From the NCBI GenBank assembly GCA_051418015.1, contig JBPRGF010000033.1:32001-96000 (forward strand): a DNA stretch of 64,000 nucleotides, in the 5' to 3' direction. This document shows, in pieces, positions 46,749 through 56,415 of this stretch. Both the position numbers and the translations under genes were made by a program. The notes under the pieces are model-generated. The model worked only from the letters and a program-made list of their open reading frames with translations. It was not told where the DNA came from and made no database searches. Source of the stretch: Candidatus Nitrospinota bacterium M3_3B_026. Lineage in GTDB: Bacteria > Nitrospinota_A > UBA7883 > JBPRGF01. Numbering within the stretch: the stretch's first letter is position 1; the number at the start of each line of letters is the position of its first letter.

Positions 46749-47996
46749 ATGACGCGCATACTCGTGGTGGACGATGAGGCCGAGACTCGCTCAAACCTCA
46801 GGAAAATTCTCAACAGGAAGGGTTACTACACCTACGAGGCCGAAAACGGCCGGGATGCGCTGGAGGCCCTTTCCCGCCAGCCGGTGGAGGTCGTCCTGCT
46901 GGACATCAGGATGCCGGAGATGGACGGCAGCGAGGCCTTGAAGAAGATAAAGAAGGAGTACCTGGACACGGAGGTGATAATGGTGACCGCCATTTCGGAT
47001 CTGGAGATGGCCGTGGATTTGATGAAAAACGGGGCCTACGGCTACGTCACCAAGCCCGTGGACATGGAAAACATGACCATGGAGATCGAGAAGGCCCTGG
47101 AGCGCCGGCGTCTCTCCATCGAGAACAAAAACTACCATGAGAACCTGGAGAGGATGGTGGAGGAGAAGACCGCCGGGGTCAAGCGCCTCCACGGCCAGCT
47201 GGAGGCGAACTTCTACAACTCCATCCGTGTTTTCGTGGAGCTTCTGGAGCTGCGCGACCCGTTCCTCGGCGGGCACTCGCGGAGGGTGGCGTTTTTCTCC
47301 GTGGAGACGGGCAGGGCCCTCGGTTTGGACAAGGCGCGGCTCAAAGACCTTGAGATAGCCGGCCTGCTCCACGATATCGGCAGGCTGGGAATACCCGACG
47401 AGACGCTCAGAAAACCCTCCGAGGACCTGACGCCAGGGGAGCAGGACCTGCTGAGAAATCAGACAGTGCTGGCGCAGGAGTCCCTGAAGCCCATCGACGA
47501 GCTGAAGCGCGCCGGGATCATCATAAGAAGCCACATGGAGCGGGTGGACGGCGCCGGGTATCCGGACGGCCTGAAGGGGGAAGAGATCCCGCTGGAGTCG
47601 CGGATACTGACGGTTGTCAACGCCTTCGACGAGGTGAAGAACAGGCATGGCCATTTCCCCGGCGCCCTGTACGAAGGCAGGACCGAGGAGGAAGCGGCGA
47701 TTTTTTACCTGGATGAGCTTTCGGGCAAGAGGTTCGACAAGAAGGCCGTGGCGGCTCTCAAGGACGCGCTGGAGAACCTGATGAGACTCAGGGAAGGCGT
47801 GGCGGCGATCACCCTTGACGAAATGCAGGAGGGAATGACTCTGGCGAAAGACCTTCTCGCGGAGAACGGAAAGCTGCTGCTCGCCAAAGACAACAAGCTG
47901 AGCGCGGCGCTGATCTCGAAACTGCGCTACTATCACAAGATCGTAAGCCCGGTGGCCCGCAAAATATATATTTACTCCAAGGCGCCGCCGGGCTGA
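46749..47996 (+). CDS. REC plus divergent HD-GYP protein
   Basis: LLDIRMP; GHSRRV, HDIGRLG, SHMERVDGAGYPDGL; several canonical ligands substituted; C-terminal extension. Confidence 0.85.
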   Translation: MTRILVVDDEAETRSNLRKILNRKGYYTYEAENGRDALEALSRQPVEVVLLDIRMPEMDGSEALKKIKKEYLDTEVIMVTAISDLEMAVDLMKNGAYGYVTKPVDMENMTMEIEKALERRRLSIENKNYHENLERMVEEKTAGVKRLHGQLEANFYNSIRVFVELLELRDPFLGGHSRRVAFFSVETGRALGLDKARLKDLEIAGLLHDIGRLGIPDETLRKPSEDLTPGEQDLLRNQTVLAQESLKPIDELKRAGIIIRSHMERVDGAGYPDGLKGEEIPLESRILTVVNAFDEVKNRHGHFPGALYEGRTEEEAAIFYLDELSGKRFDKKAVAALKDALENLMRLREGVAAITLDEMQEGMTLAKDLLAENGKLLLAKDNKLSAALISKLRYYHKIVSPVARKIYIYSKAPPG

Positions 47997-48021
47997 GAAA
48001 TTTCAGGCGAGGAGGAAAAAA

Positions 48022-48486
48022 GTGTACCGGATAATGGTGGTGGACGATGAGAAGGAGTTTTTGGGCCTGGCGCAAAAGCTTCTGAGCAAGGACTACGCCG
48101 TGGAGGTTTTCGACTCTCCCCTGAAGGCGCTGGAGAGGGCGGATCAGCAGACCTTCGACGCGGTGATATCCGACTACCGGATGCCGGAGATGGACGGGGT
48201 GAAGTTCCTGAAGGTTTTCAAGGAGCGCCAGCCCAACGCGGCGAGGATAATCCTGAGCGCCTACCAGGATAAGGACGAGCTCATCGGCGCCATAAACGAG
48301 GCCCAGATCTACCGTTTTCTCTCCAAGCCGTGCAACGTCATGGAGCTTGTCATGACCATCGCCCAGGCCATAGCCCACAGGGGGCTGCTGCTGGAGAGGG
48401 AGCAGCTGGCCGAGAAGGTGAAGACCCAGGCCGCCGAGATCGAACAGTTGCGGGCGGAAGTCGAGCGCCTCAGGACGGGAGGCTGA
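48022..48486 (+). CDS. Response regulator receiver protein with short coiled-coil tail
   Basis: VVDDE, ISDYRMP, IYRFLSKP; GAGGAGG RBS. Confidence 0.9.
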   Translation: MYRIMVVDDEKEFLGLAQKLLSKDYAVEVFDSPLKALERADQQTFDAVISDYRMPEMDGVKFLKVFKERQPNAARIILSAYQDKDELIGAINEAQIYRFLSKPCNVMELVMTIAQAIAHRGLLLEREQLAEKVKTQAAEIEQLRAEVERLRTGG

Positions 48487-48582
48487 GAGCGGCCAACCCC
48501 GCGCGCGCTGACTCCATTACACACGATAACGCCTGGGCGCCAGTCCTCCTGGCCCCGAAATTCGCCGCCGCTCAACAATCTC

Positions 48583-48611
48583 TTTACATACAGGACTGAT
48601 TTCCGTAAACT
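48583..48611 (+). promoter_or_regulatory. Putative sigma70 promoter of the cytochrome cluster
   Basis: TTTACA-N17-TAAACT about 70 bp upstream of the PPIase gene. Confidence 0.5.
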
Positions 48612-48678
48612 TGTATAGCTCTAGGGGGAGCAGGGGTAGGAGGGGTAGTTCAATTTTACAGCTTATCCTTTTTGTGAC

Positions 48679-49758
48679 TTGCTGATGCTAGACTTTGCGC
48701 GGGCGCTCCGCCCGGTTCCTTACGCGCTGTTGATAATGTCCGTCCTCGCTGTCCCCGGCGTTTTCGGCCAGGAGAAAAAACCCGCCGGAGAGCAGGCCGC
48801 AAAGGAGCCTATGCCTCCGTTCGCGAAAGTGAACGACGTCGTGTTGACCCTCCAGGACTTCAGGGGCGCGATGATTCAGGCCGTCCGTTCCAAGTATTAT
48901 CATGGCAAGGTCCCCGAGGGAGAGATGGCCGTCCTGCAGAGGGAGGTCGGCCGGAAGATGGTGGACAGGATACTGCTTGTGGAAGAGGCCAGGCGGCGCG
49001 GCCTGGAGCCGGACAGTAAAAAGGTGGACAAGCAGATTACCATGTTCGACGACAAGTACGCCGGCAGCGAGCGCTGGAAGGCCGAACGCGACAGGATCAT
49101 ACCGGGTCTCAGAAAACAGATGGAGGAAGACAGCCTGGTGGAGGTCTTGGAAGAGCAGGTGAAAGGCTCGGTGGACCCCTCCGAGGCGCAGGTCCGGGAA
49201 TATTACGAGCAGAACCCGGACAAGTTCACCGAGCCCGAGCAGGTGAAAGTCTCCGCCATTCTTTTGAAGGTGGAGCCTTCCTCGCCCAAGGAGGTCTGGG
49301 AGAAGGCGATCGAGGAGGCGAAGGATATAAAGAAGAGGATCGAGGACGGCGGCGATTTCGCCGAATTGGCCAGGATACATTCCGGCGACCCTTCCGCCGA
49401 GAAGGGCGGGGACATGGGCTACCTGCACCGGGGAATGTTGGCCGAAAACGTCCACAAGGCGCTGGACGAGATATCCGCGGGAGACGTGACGGACCCCGTG
49501 GTGATCCTGCAGGGGGTTGGCGTGTTCCGCCTGGACGACCGCAAACAGCCGAAACTCAACGAGTTCAAGGACGTCCGGGAGCGGGCGGAGGCTCTTTTGA
49601 AAAGAGAGCTTGCCGAGAAGGCGTGGGAGGATCTCAAATCGCGGCTGAGGGAGGGGGCCTCGATAGAGATCAACGAGTCATACTATCTTCCGGCGCCTAA
49701 AGACGATGGAGACGAAAAAGAAGAGAAGGGGGGAGCCGAAGATCGCCTTCATGGCTGA
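48679..49758 (+). CDS. Periplasmic parvulin-type peptidyl-prolyl isomerase (SurA/PrsA-like)
   Basis: Signal peptide; AKVND, YYEQNPDKF, GGDFAELARIHS.DPSAEKGGDMGY. Confidence 0.9.
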   Translation: MLMLDFARALRPVPYALLIMSVLAVPGVFGQEKKPAGEQAAKEPMPPFAKVNDVVLTLQDFRGAMIQAVRSKYYHGKVPEGEMAVLQREVGRKMVDRILLVEEARRRGLEPDSKKVDKQITMFDDKYAGSERWKAERDRIIPGLRKQMEEDSLVEVLEEQVKGSVDPSEAQVREYYEQNPDKFTEPEQVKVSAILLKVEPSSPKEVWEKAIEEAKDIKKRIEDGGDFAELARIHSGDPSAEKGGDMGYLHRGMLAENVHKALDEISAGDVTDPVVILQGVGVFRLDDRKQPKLNEFKDVRERAEALLKRELAEKAWEDLKSRLREGASIEINESYYLPAPKDDGDEKEEKGGAEDRLHG

Positions 49759-49781
49759 CTGAGATGAGGGGCGGAAGATAA

Positions 49782-51932
49782 ATGACGGCGTTTCACCCTC
49801 GTTGCGGATGGAGAGGCGCCGCGGCCGCCGTGGCGATGACGGCGGTTTTTCTTTCACCGTTTTCCTCCCGTCCCGCCGCGGCCGGGGATGAGGAGGACGG
49901 AGGATCGCCCGGCCGGGGGGCGGGCGTTAGGCTCAGGATCATAAAAGTTATCTCCACGGAGGAGGGGGAAGGGGTGGAAGCGCCCCGTCTTGAACAGGCG
50001 TTCGGAAAAATCCGCCTCACGGCGTTCGATACGATTTCCGAGGAGAGCATGGGAGTCGCCGAAAGGATGCTCGCGCCCGATGAGGAGCTTGCCCCCCTTG
50101 TACGAATCTCGCCGCGGGTGTTGAAGAGGAAAAGGGTTGTGGTGAAGGTGTGGAAGCCATGGGCGCGCGCCCTCATGTACAACCTGACCTGGGGGGGGTA
50201 TATCTACGATTTTTACAACAGGCAGTCCTGGGAGGGCGGGGAAGGATTCGAGCGCAACATGCTTGGCCTGCGGCTCAACGTCAGCACCAAGAGCTTCATA
50301 TGGCGGCCTTGGTTCGCCCTCGTGGACGGCGGTGTCGGCCTCTACGCCTCCCGCACGGCGGGCCGGAATATCGCGGGCTATACCTCGAACACCCTCCTCG
50401 GCGATCTGGGGCTCTCCGTTTTCCCTTACAGCAGGTTCCCGTTCCAGGCGAACTACTCCAGGAACAGGACCGACCAGGGCGGCGACCTCAGGGACACCCG
50501 GACGGAAACCGAGCGCTACTCCGCGCGGCAGAATTACAGGACCAGGGGCGGCACGAATTTCTCCGGGGGCTACCTGCACACCGACGTCAAGACGGAAAAC
50601 CTGCAAGCCGGCGGATCCAGTGAAAACAACACGACACGGAGCGTGCTGGACACGTTCGACTTCAGCGCGTCCAAAAGCATCGAGGATCACAGCCTCGGCC
50701 TCAACTCGACCTACAACAAATCGAAACGGGTGGATATCACCAGGGATTACAACACCCTGTCGGTCATCGGCAGGCACAGGTACACCCCGCGGGGGTCCTT
50801 CTCGCTCGAGAACGAGGCGAACTACTACAACTATTACGAAAGAGCCGTGACCGGCTACAAGGCCGGGGCGGAGGAATTCATCTGGGACCAGGACATATAC
50901 CAGGTGACGAGCAACACCTACTGGCGGCCGGAGGACAAGCCGCTGACGGTCAACGCCGGCCTCCGGTACTACGGCACGGACACTGGAAGATCGTCGTCAA
51001 GGACCGGCGGCGCTCCCTCCAACTTCCTCGCCAACGGGAGCGTCTACGCGGGGGCCAACTACTCCGTGAACGAAAACACCAACGTCTACGGAACGGCCAA
51101 CTACTCCAAGCCGCTGGAGCCCCCCACTGACTCCTACATAGCGAACCAGTCGTTCGGCGTGACCTATTCGGCCGACCCGGTCGATTTTCTGAAGATGGAC
51201 TACACCTGGGGCAACCAGGCCGGGATGAGCCACAGCATGTCGGACCGGAGCAACAGTCTGCGCCTCATGGAGACCATAAGGCACGGCCTCCAGAAGGGTT
51301 TCGATATCGGCGAGTCCTCCTCCATCGACATCAGCGTGGACGAGAGCTTTTCCCTGGACCATTACGCCAACGCGGCTCACGGCTTTTACGAGACCCCAGA
51401 GCCGCGGACGCGGGAGACAATCACTCACGCCGCGTCCATCTCCTGGCTCATGTCGGGGATGTGGGGCAGAGGCGTCGTCAGGCTGTCCGGCTCCGACAAC
51501 AGGAGCAGGGGCGTGATGGAGGGGGGGGAGGTCGTATCACAATTCGTCTATTTCCAGGCGAGCCTGGACAGGCGGCTGAGCAAATATTCGCTGGTCTACG
51601 TCGACTGGGTCACACAATACTCGGACAGCAACCTGAATGACAACGATTCGATTGGCGGACGGGTAAGATCGCACGGCCTGGCGCAGTACAAAAACAGCAG
51701 GCTCTTTGGCGTGGGAGGGCTTTCTTTTCAATCGTCGTTCAGGGTCGAAGGCAGGTCCTATTTCCCGGGAATTGAAAGCGAAGAGGAATCATCCGAGACG
51801 ATCTCCTGGGTGAACAACCTGGATTACAGCATCGGCAGGCTTCAGACCGCGGCCATGTACAGCATCGTGCAGACGGTCGCCGGGCGGAGGGACATTTTAA
51901 TGTTGCGGATTTCGCGCAACTTCGGTAATTAG
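49782..51932 (+). CDS. Large outer-membrane beta-barrel (putative porin of a porin-cytochrome conduit)
   Basis: Signal peptide; Y/N/S/T/G-rich alternating strands; FIWRPWFA, VFPYSRFPF; ends LMLRISRNFGN; no CxxCH. Confidence 0.72.
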   Translation: MTAFHPRCGWRGAAAAVAMTAVFLSPFSSRPAAAGDEEDGGSPGRGAGVRLRIIKVISTEEGEGVEAPRLEQAFGKIRLTAFDTISEESMGVAERMLAPDEELAPLVRISPRVLKRKRVVVKVWKPWARALMYNLTWGGYIYDFYNRQSWEGGEGFERNMLGLRLNVSTKSFIWRPWFALVDGGVGLYASRTAGRNIAGYTSNTLLGDLGLSVFPYSRFPFQANYSRNRTDQGGDLRDTRTETERYSARQNYRTRGGTNFSGGYLHTDVKTENLQAGGSSENNTTRSVLDTFDFSASKSIEDHSLGLNSTYNKSKRVDITRDYNTLSVIGRHRYTPRGSFSLENEANYYNYYERAVTGYKAGAEEFIWDQDIYQVTSNTYWRPEDKPLTVNAGLRYYGTDTGRSSSRTGGAPSNFLANGSVYAGANYSVNENTNVYGTANYSKPLEPPTDSYIANQSFGVTYSADPVDFLKMDYTWGNQAGMSHSMSDRSNSLRLMETIRHGLQKGFDIGESSSIDISVDESFSLDHYANAAHGFYETPEPRTRETITHAASISWLMSGMWGRGVVRLSGSDNRSRGVMEGGEVVSQFVYFQASLDRRLSKYSLVYVDWVTQYSDSNLNDNDSIGGRVRSHGLAQYKNSRLFGVGGLSFQSSFRVEGRSYFPGIESEEESSETISWVNNLDYSIGRLQTAAMYSIVQTVAGRRDILMLRISRNFGN

Positions 51933-52101
51933 GACTATGCTCGGGACGCTTTTTTCGGAAAGCGAGGGGCCCGGGCTTTTAAAAAGGGGGGCGGCGCAAG
52001 CCGCGGCTGGTTGATTTTGTGGGAAAATCCGCATGGTGTCGGCGCTTTGCCGTATCGCGCTGTTTGTCGTATCAACGGACAATCGATAATGGGGAGAGTC
52101 T

Positions 52102-52557
52102 ATGTTAAGGAAAAAATGTAAAGAAGTGTTCAGGAGAGCCTTCCTTCCATTGCTGGCGGCGGCCCTGGTGGCGGGAATGCTCCTGCCGGGGCAGGCCCGG
52201 GCGGAGTACGCGGACGTGGTGATCAACAACTATTCGGACGAGCAGGGGATGCGTCCGGCCGTGTTCCCGCACTGGTTCCATCGCATCAGGTTCCGGTGCA
52301 AGGTCTGCCACGCCGACCTGGGGTTCCAGTTCAAGGCTGGCGGAAACAAGATAACGATGGCGAAGATCATCGAGGGCGAGTTCTGCGGCGCCTGCCACAA
52401 CGGCGAGGTGGCCTGGTCCCCGCAGAACTGCGACCTGTGCCATTCCGGCGTGCCGGGAACTCCCACACAGGTCCACGGAAGCACGGCACAGACGCTGGTG
52501 ACGCCGGTGGGCATCCAGAAGTTCACCATCGAGGAAAAGGACACCTTTGAAAAATAA
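52102..52557 (+). CDS. Triheme c7-type cytochrome c (type A)
   Basis: Signal peptide ARA; VFPHWFH; CKVCH, CGACH, CDLCH. Confidence 0.92.
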   Translation: MLRKKCKEVFRRAFLPLLAAALVAGMLLPGQARAEYADVVINNYSDEQGMRPAVFPHWFHRIRFRCKVCHADLGFQFKAGGNKITMAKIIEGEFCGACHNGEVAWSPQNCDLCHSGVPGTPTQVHGSTAQTLVTPVGIQKFTIEEKDTFEK

Positions 52558-52584
52558 GAGAATATAGAAAAAAGAGGAGAGGTC

Positions 52585-53211
52585 ATGAATCGCAAGCTTG
52601 TAATCACTCCTTTAGTGATAGTGGCCGCGCTGTGTATCGCGCTGGAGCCGGCCCGCGCCCAGGAGCCGGCGAATCCCCCGCAGGGTGGAGGAAACAAGGC
52701 GGGCATACAGTTCAACAGGTTGCTCAAAAAACCCAAGGTCTACAACCCCCCTCCAGCCGAAGACGGGGCCCACGACCCCCAGAACGAGGGGACGTACATG
52801 CTCCAGCCCCCCATGGATGTGTTCAAGCACATGCCCAAAGCCCAGTCCGGCAACAGGGTGGACTGGGTGAAAGCCCTGAACGACGGCGTCATAAACCCGC
52901 GCTGGGACAGGCTCGACCCCGCGGCCGAGCCGGACGTGTTCGAGTTCGACGTGCTCCGGGAAGTGCGCGGCTCCATGCCCAACGTCCTCTTCCCCCACGA
53001 CAGGCACACCCAGTGGCTGGCCTGCGAGAACTGCCACGACGACATCTTCATCCCCCAGGTCGGAGCCAACCAGATCAGCATGGCGCTTATCCTGATGGGG
53101 CAGAAATGCGGCGTGTGTCATGGCAAGGTGGCGTTCCCGCCGACCCAGTGCAGAAAATGCCATAGCCAGAAAAAGGACGCTATGGTGAAAAAGAAACCCA
53201 GACAGCAGTGA
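52585..53211 (+). CDS. Triheme c7-type cytochrome c (type B)
   Basis: Signal peptide; HDP, GNRVDWVKAL, VLFPHDRH; CENCH, CGVCH, CRKCH. Confidence 0.92.
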   Translation: MNRKLVITPLVIVAALCIALEPARAQEPANPPQGGGNKAGIQFNRLLKKPKVYNPPPAEDGAHDPQNEGTYMLQPPMDVFKHMPKAQSGNRVDWVKALNDGVINPRWDRLDPAAEPDVFEFDVLREVRGSMPNVLFPHDRHTQWLACENCHDDIFIPQVGANQISMALILMGQKCGVCHGKVAFPPTQCRKCHSQKKDAMVKKKPRQQ

Positions 53212-53224
53212 GAGAACCAGCCAG

Positions 53225-54412
53225 ATGAGAAGTTACTTCATTAAAGCGGCGGCTGGGATGCTGGCGATCGGCCTTGCGGCCGGTTGCCAGTCCCCAGGCC
53301 CGCCCAAAAAAGAAACGCTCAAAAAACCCTCGGCTGAGCAGGCGGCTGAGGGGGAAGAGGAGAAACCCGCTGAAGAGGCCCCCTCTCCGGGTCCGGTAGT
53401 CTCCGAGCCCAAGGCGGAGGAGCCGCCAGCCGCGCCGCCGCCCGAGCCCGCGGTAAAAGCGGAAAAGCCGGAGGCCGCGGAGCCGGAGCGCCAGGCCGCG
53501 GAGCCTGAGAAAGCGCCGGAGGAGAAGGAGGCGCCAGAGCCTCCCGTTGCCGCCGAGGCCCCTCCGGAGCCTGCGCCCAAGAAAGAGGCGGCGACCATCC
53601 GCGGCGGTAAACCGAAGCTCTCCAAAGATAAGCTGGAAATGCGTGTCAGCTACCTGGAAAGCCTGGTTTACAAATCCTCTTCCGCCAAAAAAGTCGAAGA
53701 GAGCGGCAACGAAGAGGCCATGGCCGCCCTTGCCCGCTCCAGGGAGCTTTATAAGCACGCCCGGGCCGCCCTGGAAAAGGACGACCTGGAAGGCTCCGAT
53801 GACGCCATGAGGGAGTCCATGAGACTCGTCGGCGTGGCGTCGCGCATGGCGACAAGCCCCGAAGAGAAAAGCGCCCGCGAGCGCGAGAAATATCTCCAGA
53901 CGAAAAAGAGCGTGGAGAGCCTGCTTGACGCCATCGACAGAGTCGTCAAGGAGAACGGCCCGGAAAAAGAGGAGCTTGGCGTCGACCCGGCCCCCATCCA
54001 CAAGCTCTATGACGAGGCCGAGGCGCAGGCCTCCGAGAAAAAGTACAAGGAGGCCAACGTCAAGATTGACGAGGCATACGCCCTGGCCTCCTCGGCCGTC
54101 ACGAAGCTCCGGGACAAGGAGACGATCCTGCTGACGCTCGAGTTCGAGACGCCGGAGGATGAATATAAATACGTCCTCAAGCGAAACGAAAGCTACGAAT
54201 CGCTCATCTCTATCATGATAGAGGAGAAAAAACCGGGCGAGGGGCAGCTTGAAAGGATCAAGGGGTTTGTGGCTGAAGGCCGGTCCATACTTGAAAAAGC
54301 CGAAAAACTCGCCTCCCAGGGAGACTTCGAACAGGCCATCCAGTTCGCCGACGATGCCACGCGCGAGCTTGCCAAGGCTCTGCGGACGCTTGGGCTCATG
54401 GTGTACGATTGA
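53225..54412 (+). CDS. Lipoprotein with Pro/Ala/Glu-rich tether and all-helical domain
   Basis: Lipobox LAAGC; long PAE-rich linker; helical charged C-terminal part paralogous to the next gene. Confidence 0.8.
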   Translation: MRSYFIKAAAGMLAIGLAAGCQSPGPPKKETLKKPSAEQAAEGEEEKPAEEAPSPGPVVSEPKAEEPPAAPPPEPAVKAEKPEAAEPERQAAEPEKAPEEKEAPEPPVAAEAPPEPAPKKEAATIRGGKPKLSKDKLEMRVSYLESLVYKSSSAKKVEESGNEEAMAALARSRELYKHARAALEKDDLEGSDDAMRESMRLVGVASRMATSPEEKSAREREKYLQTKKSVESLLDAIDRVVKENGPEKEELGVDPAPIHKLYDEAEAQASEKKYKEANVKIDEAYALASSAVTKLRDKETILLTLEFETPEDEYKYVLKRNESYESLISIMIEEKKPGEGQLERIKGFVAEGRSILEKAEKLASQGDFEQAIQFADDATRELAKALRTLGLMVYD

Positions 54413-54434
54413 CGGAAAGTTTTTTCTTCGGAGC

Positions 54435-55325
54435 ATGAAAGAGGCGATCGCGCCGGTCGTGGCCGTTTTGCTTCTCGTCTTCGCCTCCCCGGCTGGAGCG
54501 CAGGGGAGGGGGGCGGAGTTCAAGGCGGGGCGGATTGACAGGAGGCTCCAGTCCGTGACAACGCTGGTCGAGACGTCCTCCCTGGCGCTGCGGATCAGGT
54601 CCAGCGGGTCCGTGGAGGCGGAAAACGTCCGCCTGGAGGCCGAAGCCGTACTCGAACAGGCCGAACAGGCCGCCGCCCGCGGCGACGATGACGAGGCGGG
54701 AAGGCTGCTCATCGAAGCCCAGAAAAAGGTCTATCAGGCCGCCAGTCTCCTGGGCGGCGGCCCCGGCGCCGGGGAGAAAAAACGCAGGGATTTCAAACAC
54801 AGGCTCAAGAGCGTGAAGGCCCTGCTGGAGGCCAACAGGCGCGTCGGGGGCGAAATCGAGGACACCGGGGAAAAAGAAAGACGCCGGGAACTGGCCGAAA
54901 GGGTCGCCAGCCTGCTTGAGGAGGCGATGGCCCTGTATGACGCGGGCGAGGTGGGCAAGGGCCGGGAAAAGCTGGACGAGGCCTACGCGACGGCCACCAG
55001 CTCCCTCCGGAAGATGCGCCATGGCATGACGCGGGTGCGCGACCTTAAGTTCGAAACGAAGGAGGAGGAGTTCGAGTTCGTAAAACGCTACAACGACGAC
55101 TACCTGAACCTCGCGGACAAGTTCGTGAGCGATTACCTCAAGAAAACCGAAGACACGGCCCGGGCGGAAAGGATGAAAAAATACTTCAAAAGGGGCAAGG
55201 AGTTGCGAGTCGAAGCGGACGGGCTGGCATCGGCCGGTGATTTCGAAAAGGGCATAGAAGCCCTGGAGCAGTCCACAAGGCAGATCAAGCAGGCCATAAG
55301 GGCTACCGGGTTCATGATACCCTGA
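54435..55325 (+). CDS. Exported all-helical hypothetical protein, paralog of the upstream lipoprotein
   Basis: Start moved to ATG 54435 giving signal peptide MKEAIAPVVAVLLLVFASPAGA; shares LV.SS...SG..EA and L.FET.E.E motifs with 53225..54412. Confidence 0.78.
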   Translation: MKEAIAPVVAVLLLVFASPAGAQGRGAEFKAGRIDRRLQSVTTLVETSSLALRIRSSGSVEAENVRLEAEAVLEQAEQAAARGDDDEAGRLLIEAQKKVYQAASLLGGGPGAGEKKRRDFKHRLKSVKALLEANRRVGGEIEDTGEKERRRELAERVASLLEEAMALYDAGEVGKGREKLDEAYATATSSLRKMRHGMTRVRDLKFETKEEEFEFVKRYNDDYLNLADKFVSDYLKKTEDTARAERMKKYFKRGKELRVEADGLASAGDFEKGIEALEQSTRQIKQAIRATGFMIP

Positions 55326-55439
55326 AACGTGGGAAGGGAATTTCGCCCCGCTCGAATGAAGGCGCCGCATGTCCGCTTCGGGCAAGACGGGATCGACGCC
55401 GTTCCGGCCGGCGGGCGGAAACTCGTTGTCACATAAGGC

Positions 55440-56042
55440 ATGAACATTGACTTTTCGGGGCAGGTCCACATGATTTTCGCCGTATCCGGGGGTAAAAGAC
55501 TGATTTTGCTCATCGCGGCCACCGGCCTTTTTTTCGCGGCTCTGGCCGGAGCCGCGCGGGGCGACGAGCGGAAATGGGAAAAGATCGAGGGCGACGGGTT
55601 GCACGACCCTGAAGGCCCGGCCATACACACCCTGCAGGATCCCGGGGAAGCCCTCTCCGCCCTGCCGCCGGACCCGGGAAACGCCGGGAACAAGGTCAGC
55701 TGGCCGAAGGCGCTGGAAAATGGCTTTATAAACCCCAGGACCAGCTTTGACAACGAGAAGGAGATGCAGGTTCTGGACATGGACATCCTGTTCAAGGAGA
55801 CGCGGGAGATGCCCATGGTCCTGTTCCCCCACGTAAAACACACCGTGTGGCTGGATTGCTCTAACTGCCACGACAAGATATTCAAAGCCAAGGCGGGCGC
55901 CACGCCGGTGAACATGTTCACCATCCTGATGGGGGAGCATTGCGGGAGATGCCACGGCGCCGTCGCCTTTCCATTGACGGAATGCTTGCGCTGCCACAGC
56001 GTGGAGAGGGAAGGCGCCAGTGTCAAGCACAGGATGGAGTGA
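55440..56042 (+). CDS. Triheme c7-type cytochrome c (type B paralog)
   Basis: HDP, GNKVSWPKAL, VLFPHVKH; CSNCH, CGRCH, CLRCH. Confidence 0.92.
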   Translation: MNIDFSGQVHMIFAVSGGKRLILLIAATGLFFAALAGAARGDERKWEKIEGDGLHDPEGPAIHTLQDPGEALSALPPDPGNAGNKVSWPKALENGFINPRTSFDNEKEMQVLDMDILFKETREMPMVLFPHVKHTVWLDCSNCHDKIFKAKAGATPVNMFTILMGEHCGRCHGAVAFPLTECLRCHSVEREGASVKHRME

Positions 56043-56415
56043 CCGCCGGAACGCGGCGGCCGCAGCGGTGTTCGCCCTGGTTCTCTTCGCCGCGCCCGCG
56101 CGGGCGGAATACGGCGACGTCATAATCAACAACAAGGCCGAGGAATACGGGATGCGCCCGGTGATATTCCCCCATTGGTTCCATCGCATCCGGTTCAGGT
56201 GCAGGGTCTGCCACACGGACGTCGGGTTCGAAATGCGCGCGGGGTCCAACGACATAACCATGGGCAAGATCATAGACAGGCAGTTCTGCGGCGCCTGCCA
56301 CAACGGTGAGATCGCCTGGGGACCGGAAAACTGCGACATGTGCCACTCCGGCAAAGCCGGGCTCAAGACCGGAGTCAGGGGAGGGCATCAGACCGGGGGG
56401 CCGGGGAGGTGGTGA
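56020..56415 (+). CDS. Triheme c7-type cytochrome c (type A paralog)
   Basis: ARA-EYGDVIINN, FPHWFHRIRFR; CRVCH, CGACH, CDMCH. Confidence 0.92.
   Translation: MSSTGWSDRRNAAAAAVFALVLFAAPARAEYGDVIINNKAEEYGMRPVIFPHWFHRIRFRCRVCHTDVGFEMRAGSNDITMGKIIDRQFCGACHNGEIAWGPENCDMCHSGKAGLKTGVRGGHQTGGPGRW

Noticed and set aside
53300..53600. GAGCC-rich quasi-repeats as a DNA repeat element
   Set aside because: Explained by the Pro/Ala/Glu low-complexity linker coding sequence
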